DNA of 62,792 nucleotides, taken from Syntrophobacterales bacterium (lineage in GTDB: Bacteria; Desulfobacterota; Syntrophia; Syntrophales; UBA8958). Both the position numbers and the translations under genes were made by a program. The notes under the pieces were generated by a model. It searched no databases, was not told where the DNA came from, and saw only the letters and a list, made by a program, of their open reading frames with translations. The number at the start of each line of letters is the position of its first letter. Position 1 is the first letter of the stretch. The stretch spans positions 1 through 62,792 of the forward strand of contig JAGPFL010000002.1 of NCBI GenBank assembly GCA_018056545.1. Direction: 5' to 3'. Positions 57,480-62,792 of this stretch are shown here, one piece after another.

Positions 57480-58352
57480 TCAGATAACCTTGTTCAGGGC
57501 ATATTCGATGATGCCCTCCGCACCCGCGTCCTTCAGAAGGGGAATCAGATCCCTGACGATGGAACTGTCGACGATGGTTTCCACGGCATACCATTCCTCG
57601 GAGTAAAGTCCCGAGATGGTCGGCGCCTTGAGCGAGGGGAGCAGTAAGATGACCCGCCCGAGGTTTTCCTTGGCCACGTTGAGCTTCAGTCCTACCTTGC
57701 CCATCGCCTGCAGGGAACCGGTGAGCAGGGTCTTGATCTGATCGATCTTCTGCCTTTTCCAGGGATCTTCCCAGGCGCTGCGGTTGGCGATCAGCTGGGT
57801 GTTCGTCTTCATTAACTCATGAATTATCTTGAGTTTATTGGCACGGATCGTCGAGCCGGTTTCCGTGACTTCCACAATGGCGTCCACCAGACCTTCCACG
57901 ACTTTGGCTTCCGTTGCCCCCCAGGAAAACTCCACCTGCACGCGTATGCCCTTCTCACGAAAATAATTTCTCGTGAAATTTACAAGTTCCGTGGAAATGC
58001 GTTTTCCCTCCATATCGGTTATGGATTTTATATCCGAGTCCTGGCGCACCACCAGAACCCAGCGGGACTGCCGTGCCGATGCCTTGGAGTAAACCAGATC
58101 CGCCACCGTGACCACGTCCGATTCATTCTCGACGATCCAATCACGCCCGGTCAGCCCCAGATCGAGGATGCCCTCTTCCACGTAACGGGACATTTCCTGG
58201 GCACGTACGAGGAGGCAGTTCAGTTCCTCATCGTCGATGTCGGGGAAATAATTCCTGCTGTCATAAGTGATGCGCCAGCCCGCCCTTTTAAACAGGTCAA
58301 CCGTGCTGGCTTCCAGGCTGCCCTTGGGTATTCCCAATTTTAATGATTTCAT
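57480..58352 (-). CDS. hisG: ATP phosphoribosyltransferase (long form)
   Basis: 290 aa with [11 protein letters not shown]. The C-terminal regulatory domain is present. Confidence 0.88.
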   Translation of the reverse strand: MKSLKLGIPKGSLEASTVDLFKRAGWRITYDSRNYFPDIDDEELNCLLVRAQEMSRYVEEGILDLGLTGRDWIVENESDVVTVADLVYSKASARQSRWVLVVRQDSDIKSITDMEGKRISTELVNFTRNYFREKGIRVQVEFSWGATEAKVVEGLVDAIVEVTETGSTIRANKLKIIHELMKTNTQLIANRSAWEDPWKRQKIDQIKTLLTGSLQAMGKVGLKLNVAKENLGRVILLLPSLKAPTISGLYSEEWYAVETIVDSSIVRDLIPLLKDAGAEGIIEYALNKVI

Positions 58353-58723
58353 CGATAGACATCCTCGGGGTTGAATATCCGCTCGCCAATCACCTCGATT
58401 CCTTCCGGGCCGACCTTACGGTAGAAACAGGAGCGGTAGCCGGTGTGACAGGCGGCGCCTCCCCGTTGTCTGACCTTGAGGACCACGGCATCCAGGTCGC
58501 AATCTATTCTTATCTCCTTGACCTCCTGGAAGTTTCCCGAAGTTTCCCCCTTTACCCAGAGGGACTGGCGCGACCGGCTCCAGAAGGTCGCCTTACCCGT
58601 TTCCAGCGTCCTTTCCCAGGCGGTCCGATTCATGTAGGCAAGCATGAGCACCTCGCCCGTTTCCTCATCCTGCACGACCGCCGGCACCAACCCGCCGGCG
58701 CGATCAAAATCAAGTGTCACCAT
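58349..58723 (-). CDS. hisI: phosphoribosyl-AMP cyclohydrolase
   Basis: Starts at [19 protein letters not shown], with [17 protein letters not shown] and DCDLDAV...[10 protein letters not shown]. Confidence 0.88.
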   Translation of the reverse strand: MVTLDFDRAGGLVPAVVQDEETGEVLMLAYMNRTAWERTLETGKATFWSRSRQSLWVKGETSGNFQEVKEIRIDCDLDAVVLKVRQRGGAACHTGYRSCFYRKVGPEGIEVIGERIFNPEDVYR

Positions 58724-58973
58724 GGTTGTTATCCTTGCTGCCCGGGTTTCAGTTACCCGGCTTCCTTTCGTGAATCGGCGGCGCATGGTAAAGGAATATC
58801 TTTATTTTATCAAGCCTTTTTTTTGTCCGGTAAGATTTTGGCCTTGCCATTTATCATTTTTTTTGATAGTTCTCAGGTTCCTTTTGAGGCATGAAATGAT
58901 TCTTTAGGCTCCGGCGTTGCTTTGCTGTCCTGTTAATCGCAGGAACCGCCGTTTTATCCGGGAGGAGGAATAA

Positions 58974-59285
58974 ATGCCCCTACTTGTGGGAGGCGCCATT
59001 GCCGTTGTGCTGGGACTCATAGGCTTGGTTTACTGGCGGAACGACTTTGCCATTATCATCAAGGGGGCCCTGCCGATCTTGATGCTTCTGGGGGGAGGTC
59101 TGGCCATGTACGTGGGTTATGACGACATCCAGGAGAAGCTTCGCGAGGAAAGGAAAAGACAGGACGACAAGTTGGAGAAGGCCCAGGAGGAGATCGAACA
59201 GATAAGGGCCAAGGCGGAGCTGTATCGAGAGGAGCTGGAAAGATTGAAAGCGGAGAGCTTGAAATCAAAGGAAAATAATTCTTGA
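58974..59285 (+). CDS. small membrane protein with C-terminal coiled coil
   Basis: 103 aa. GGAGGAGG RBS, two TM helices, then a charged heptad-like tail. Confidence 0.5.
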   Translation: MPLLVGGAIAVVLGLIGLVYWRNDFAIIIKGALPILMLLGGGLAMYVGYDDIQEKLREERKRQDDKLEKAQEEIEQIRAKAELYREELERLKAESLKSKENNS

Positions 59286-59536
59286 CAAGGGATGGCAAAT
59301 CCCATATTCAAAGTGCAACCCATCCGTGGATCATTCGTATATGGATGAAATGACTTCGATTTTTTATACCGATTTCGCCCGCGCCTACATCTATATGTAT
59401 TGACGCCTGCCCACCGTCGCCTCGACGGTAAGGCAGGCTGCCTCCAAATCTCAATTTCCAAAACCAAAACTCAGAAACGTCAAAGGATATAATCAATAAT
59501 AATGTTCCTTATTCTCAAAAAGAAAGGAAGACGGTC

Positions 59537-60550
59537 ATGAAAAAGAACTTACTCACGGTATTGCTGACAATGGTGCTCTTTTGGACGGTCGGGGCGGCGC
59601 ATGCCGCTACCACTCTCACCTACAGCATCTTTTTCCCACCCAGCCACGGGCAAGCCAAAGCCGGTGAGGCCTGGGCCAAGGAAATAGAAAAAAGGACGAA
59701 CGGCCAGGTGAAAATAACGATTCTGGCCGGCGGTTCTCTTACCCCGGCGGATCAGGTCTATGACGGCGTCGTCAAAGGCATCTCCGATCTGGGCATGTCC
59801 TGTTTCGCCTATACCCGGGGCCGTTTTCCCGTCATGGAAGTCCTCGATCTCCCCATCGGCTATCCCAATGGTCGCGTCGCCACGGCCGTGGCCAACGATT
59901 ACTTTCGAAAATTCAATCCCCGGGAACTCAGCGGCGTCAAGGTGCTCTACCTCCATGCCCACGGACCGGGACTGTTGCATACGACCCGCCCCGTAGCCAC
60001 CCTGGAACAACTCAAGGGAATGAAGATCCGCTCCACGGGTCTGAGCGCCAAGGTGGTCTCCTCCCTGGGGGCCTTGCCGGTGGCTATGCCCCAGGGATCC
60101 ACCTATGAGTCGCTGCAGAAGGGAGTCGTGGACGGAACCTTCGGACCCATCGAGGTTCTCAAGGGATGGAAGCAAGCGGAGGTTGTGAAGTCCACTACGG
60201 ACTGTCCGGAGATCGGCTATACCACCGCCATGTTCGTCGTCATGAATCTCAAGAAGTGGAATGCCCTGCCCAAGAACATCCAAAAGGTTTTCGAGGAGGT
60301 GAGCAGCCAGTGGATCGACGTCCACGGCAAGGCTTGGGACGATCTGGATCTGGAAGGCCGGAAATATACCCTGAGTCTGGGGAACAAGATCATTCCTTTA
60401 ACCAAACAGGAGGGAGTGCGCTGGAAGAAGGCCGTCCGTCCCATCATCGATGAGTATGTCAAGACGGCAACGGCAAAAGGGCTGCCGGGACAGAAATCCG
60501 TAAGCGAAACGGAAAAAATGATCAAGAAATACGCCAAGATCTACAAGTAA
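59537..60550 (+). CDS. TRAP transporter substrate-binding protein (DctP family)
   Basis: 337 aa with a signal peptide ending AAHA. It is followed by small and large TRAP permease genes. Confidence 0.85.
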   Translation: MKKNLLTVLLTMVLFWTVGAAHAATTLTYSIFFPPSHGQAKAGEAWAKEIEKRTNGQVKITILAGGSLTPADQVYDGVVKGISDLGMSCFAYTRGRFPVMEVLDLPIGYPNGRVATAVANDYFRKFNPRELSGVKVLYLHAHGPGLLHTTRPVATLEQLKGMKIRSTGLSAKVVSSLGALPVAMPQGSTYESLQKGVVDGTFGPIEVLKGWKQAEVVKSTTDCPEIGYTTAMFVVMNLKKWNALPKNIQKVFEEVSSQWIDVHGKAWDDLDLEGRKYTLSLGNKIIPLTKQEGVRWKKAVRPIIDEYVKTATAKGLPGQKSVSETEKMIKKYAKIYK

Positions 60551-60555
60551 GACCT

Positions 60556-61041
60556 GTGCAGAGAATCGAACGTTTCCTGAACGGGGCCAGCGGACAGGCA
60601 AGCAGCTTCCTCGCCGGCGGCGCCGTGATCCTGATGATGCTGCTTACCTGCGCCGATGTGGCGATGCGGCTGTTTGACCGGCCCATTCCGGGAACCTATG
60701 AGATCATCGGGTTCCTCGGAACACTGGCGGCCGCCTTCGCCCTGGCGGCCACCTCGGTGGAAAAGGGCCATATTGCCGTGGACCTCTTGGCAAATATGCT
60801 CCCCCCACGGCTGCAGATCCTCCTGGATGCCGTCAGCGCCCTGCTGGGCATCCTTCTTTTCGCCGCCATCGCCTGGCAGAGCGCCCTGTACGCCCTGGAC
60901 CTGAGAGGAAGCGGCGAGGTTTCCCCCACCCTCGGTATGCCCATATATCCCTTTGCCGCCGGCATCGCCGCCGGTTGTGCGCTTCTCTGCTTGGTCCTCG
61001 CCGCCGAACTTGTCCGTTGCCTCCGGAGGGTCATTTCATGA
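60556..61041 (+). CDS. TRAP transporter small permease (DctQ family)
   Basis: 161 aa with four TM helices and a GTG start. Its stop overlaps the next ATG (ATGA). Confidence 0.8.
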   Translation: MQRIERFLNGASGQASSFLAGGAVILMMLLTCADVAMRLFDRPIPGTYEIIGFLGTLAAAFALAATSVEKGHIAVDLLANMLPPRLQILLDAVSALLGILLFAAIAWQSALYALDLRGSGEVSPTLGMPIYPFAAGIAAGCALLCLVLAAELVRCLRRVIS

Positions 61042-62339
61042 CCCCTGTCATGGCAGGAATATCCGGCTTCGTCATCCTCATTGCCTTGATGTTCATGCGC
61101 ATTCCTGTGGCCTTCGTAATGGGACTCGTGGGATTCCTGGGGTTCGGCTATCTCGTATCCTGGCCAGCGTCCCTGAATCTCCTGGCGCGGGATTTCTTCT
61201 CCGTCCTCAGTTCCTACAACCTGACCGTGATCCCCCTGTTCATTCTCATGGGCCAGGTAGCCCACTATTCGGGAATCAGCGGTCGTCTGTTCAATGCCGC
61301 CCACAAGTTCATCGGACATCTGCCCGGCGGCATGGCCATCGCCACCATCGGCGCCTGCGCCTTTTTCGCCGCCATCTGCGGCTCCACCACCGCCACTTCG
61401 GCAACCATGGCCACGGTGGCCCTGCCCCAAATGAAGAAATACAACTATGACCCGGCACTAGCCACAGGCGTCGTAGCGGCTGGGGGTACGCTCGGGATTC
61501 TCATCCCCCCCAGCACCATCTTCATAATCTATGGAATCATGACGGAACAATCCGTGGGGAAGCTGTTCGTCGCCGGCGTTCTTCCCGGCATCCTTCTCGC
61601 CCTGCTTTTCACCGTGGTCATTCTGGTCTGGAACCGTTTGCAGCCCGGTCTATGCACCCTGGCACCCAGGGCTTCCTGGCGGGAAAGATTTGCTTCCCTG
61701 ACCGGGGTCATCGAAACAATCGCCCTTTTCCTGCTTGTCATGGGCGGTCTCTTCCTCGGTTTCTTCACCCCCACGGAAGCCGCCGGCATCGGCGCCCTGG
61801 GCACTTACGTCATCGCCCTGATCGGCCGCAATCTCACCTGGCGGTCCTTCGTGCGGTCCCTAAGGGAAACCGTGCGTATTTCCTGCATGATCATGACCAT
61901 CGTGGCCGGGGCCACCGTCTTCGGTCACTTCCTGGCCGTGACGACCATCCCTACGGAGGTCGGATCCTGGGTGGCCGGACTGGCCGTCCCGCCGGTGGTG
62001 ATCATGGCCCTGATCATCTTATCCTACCTATTTCTGGGTTGCCTTATGGATTCCCTGGCGATGATCATGCTGACCATCCCCGTCTTCTACCCCGTCATCA
62101 TCACCCTGGGCTATGATCCCATCTGGTTTGGCGTCATCATCGTCATGGTGGGCGGTATGGGGGTCATCACCCCACCGGTGGGCATAAACGTCTATGTGGT
62201 GGGGGGGATAGCCCGGGATGTTCCGCTCCACGTCATCTTCAAAGGGGCTTCATACCTTATGCTCGCCATGTTGATCCTCACCGCGCTACTCATCTCCTTT
62301 CCTGAAATTGCCCTCTATCTCCCCGGGCTGATGAGCTGA
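61038..62339 (+). CDS. TRAP transporter large permease (DctM family)
   Basis: 433 aa from MTPVMAGISGF. It is highly hydrophobic and polytopic. Confidence 0.88.
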   Translation: MTPVMAGISGFVILIALMFMRIPVAFVMGLVGFLGFGYLVSWPASLNLLARDFFSVLSSYNLTVIPLFILMGQVAHYSGISGRLFNAAHKFIGHLPGGMAIATIGACAFFAAICGSTTATSATMATVALPQMKKYNYDPALATGVVAAGGTLGILIPPSTIFIIYGIMTEQSVGKLFVAGVLPGILLALLFTVVILVWNRLQPGLCTLAPRASWRERFASLTGVIETIALFLLVMGGLFLGFFTPTEAAGIGALGTYVIALIGRNLTWRSFVRSLRETVRISCMIMTIVAGATVFGHFLAVTTIPTEVGSWVAGLAVPPVVIMALIILSYLFLGCLMDSLAMIMLTIPVFYPVIITLGYDPIWFGVIIVMVGGMGVITPPVGINVYVVGGIARDVPLHVIFKGASYLMLAMLILTALLISFPEIALYLPGLMS

Positions 62340-62627
62340 AAGCAGATAGCGCTCCATCCGGCCGATCCCATCATGACGACACCGTAAAAAAGTCATTATG
62401 CGGCATAAGGGCCTCCCATTTCATAACACGACGCGTCACACATAAGCATTTCTTATTATTATCGATTTATATGCCATACCTATGGGAGCTATTTGCTCCG
62501 TCACCTCCCTGATTACCATTCACCAGAGCATCGGTTTTTCTTTTTTGACTTTCATAAGTGACAAATATAAATAAAGATGCATACATTAGAGAAAATTTGC
62601 AAAAATACGGAGAGGAAGGAAAAGAAA

Positions 62628-62792
62628 ATGAAGAATTCTTTATGCTCAAGAAAGTCTCTGTCGTATCTTGGTATCTTGGTGGCCTTGGTCGTAACCGTGC
62701 CCATGACCGCCAGTGCCAGGGAGATAACCCCCATCGTATCCACCGACTGGTTGCAGGCCAATCTCAACAATGCGCGCCTGGTGGTACTGGAC
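62628..62792 (+). CDS. exported rhodanese-like sulfurtransferase, 5' part only (runs off window end)
   Basis: GGAAGGA RBS and the ATG at 62628. The signal peptide ends MTASA. VSTDWLQANLNNARLVVLD then resembles the start of rhodanese domains. It is not in the ORF track. Confidence 0.5.
   Translation, partial: MKNSLCSRKSLSYLGILVALVVTVPMTASAREITPIVSTDWLQANLNNARLVVLD

Noticed and set aside
1-62792. CRISPR arrays, transposases, integrases, prophage or toxin-antitoxin/defence modules.
   Set aside because: Reading the ORF products and the intergenic regions revealed no direct-repeat/spacer arrays and no recognisable mobility or defence protein motifs.

Overview
High-GC (about 58-60% by eye) chromosomal segment that looks like a strictly anaerobic deltaproteobacterium of the syntroph or sulfate-reducer type. 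That call is an inference from gene content: Hdr/Flx/Nfn redox modules, Ahb-type heme synthesis, many sigma-54 regulators. I could not do any similarity search. Most of the window is core metabolism and housekeeping. It holds two sigma-54 two-component systems, rarA, trpB2, an acyl-CoA ligase, ahb-hemL, a nucleotide-sugar block (UDP-sugar dehydrogenase/epimerase, gmd, fcl) and atpZ-atpI-atpB. It also holds a trio of Hsp20 genes, a nine-gene Nfn/Flx/Hdr redox cluster with a 1478-aa HdrL-type fusion, engB, ppsA, rnpB and a tRNA-Met. The rest is the yqeY-dnaG-rpoD block, hisIGB-hisA, a TRAP transporter and a partial rhodanese-like gene. No CRISPR array, transposase, integrase or phage gene was seen. 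Seven observations seem most worth a second look. (1) mvhD is split by an in-frame TGA followed by a SECIS-like hairpin, so it is probably a selenoprotein. (2) A sigma-54 promoter with UAS and IHF-like sites drives a second, signal-peptide-bearing ATP synthase c-subunit paralog plus a stand-alone double-Cache membrane protein. This operon is divergent from a small-TM / PAS-kinase / sigma-54 activator operon. (3) An ORF-less sigma-54 promoter-to-terminator unit next to the other two-component system is a candidate sRNA. (4) A 19-codon leader peptide with three consecutive Trp codons, plus mutually exclusive antiterminator and terminator hairpins, lies upstream of trpB2. (5) The dnaG-linked rpoD has a non-canonical region 4.2 recognition helix. 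(6) atpE is unlinked from atpB and is duplicated. (7) A small gene appears frameshifted at a G5 run. The long antisense shadow ORFs in the track (for example 35849..40048 + and 46653..49211 -) are rejected.
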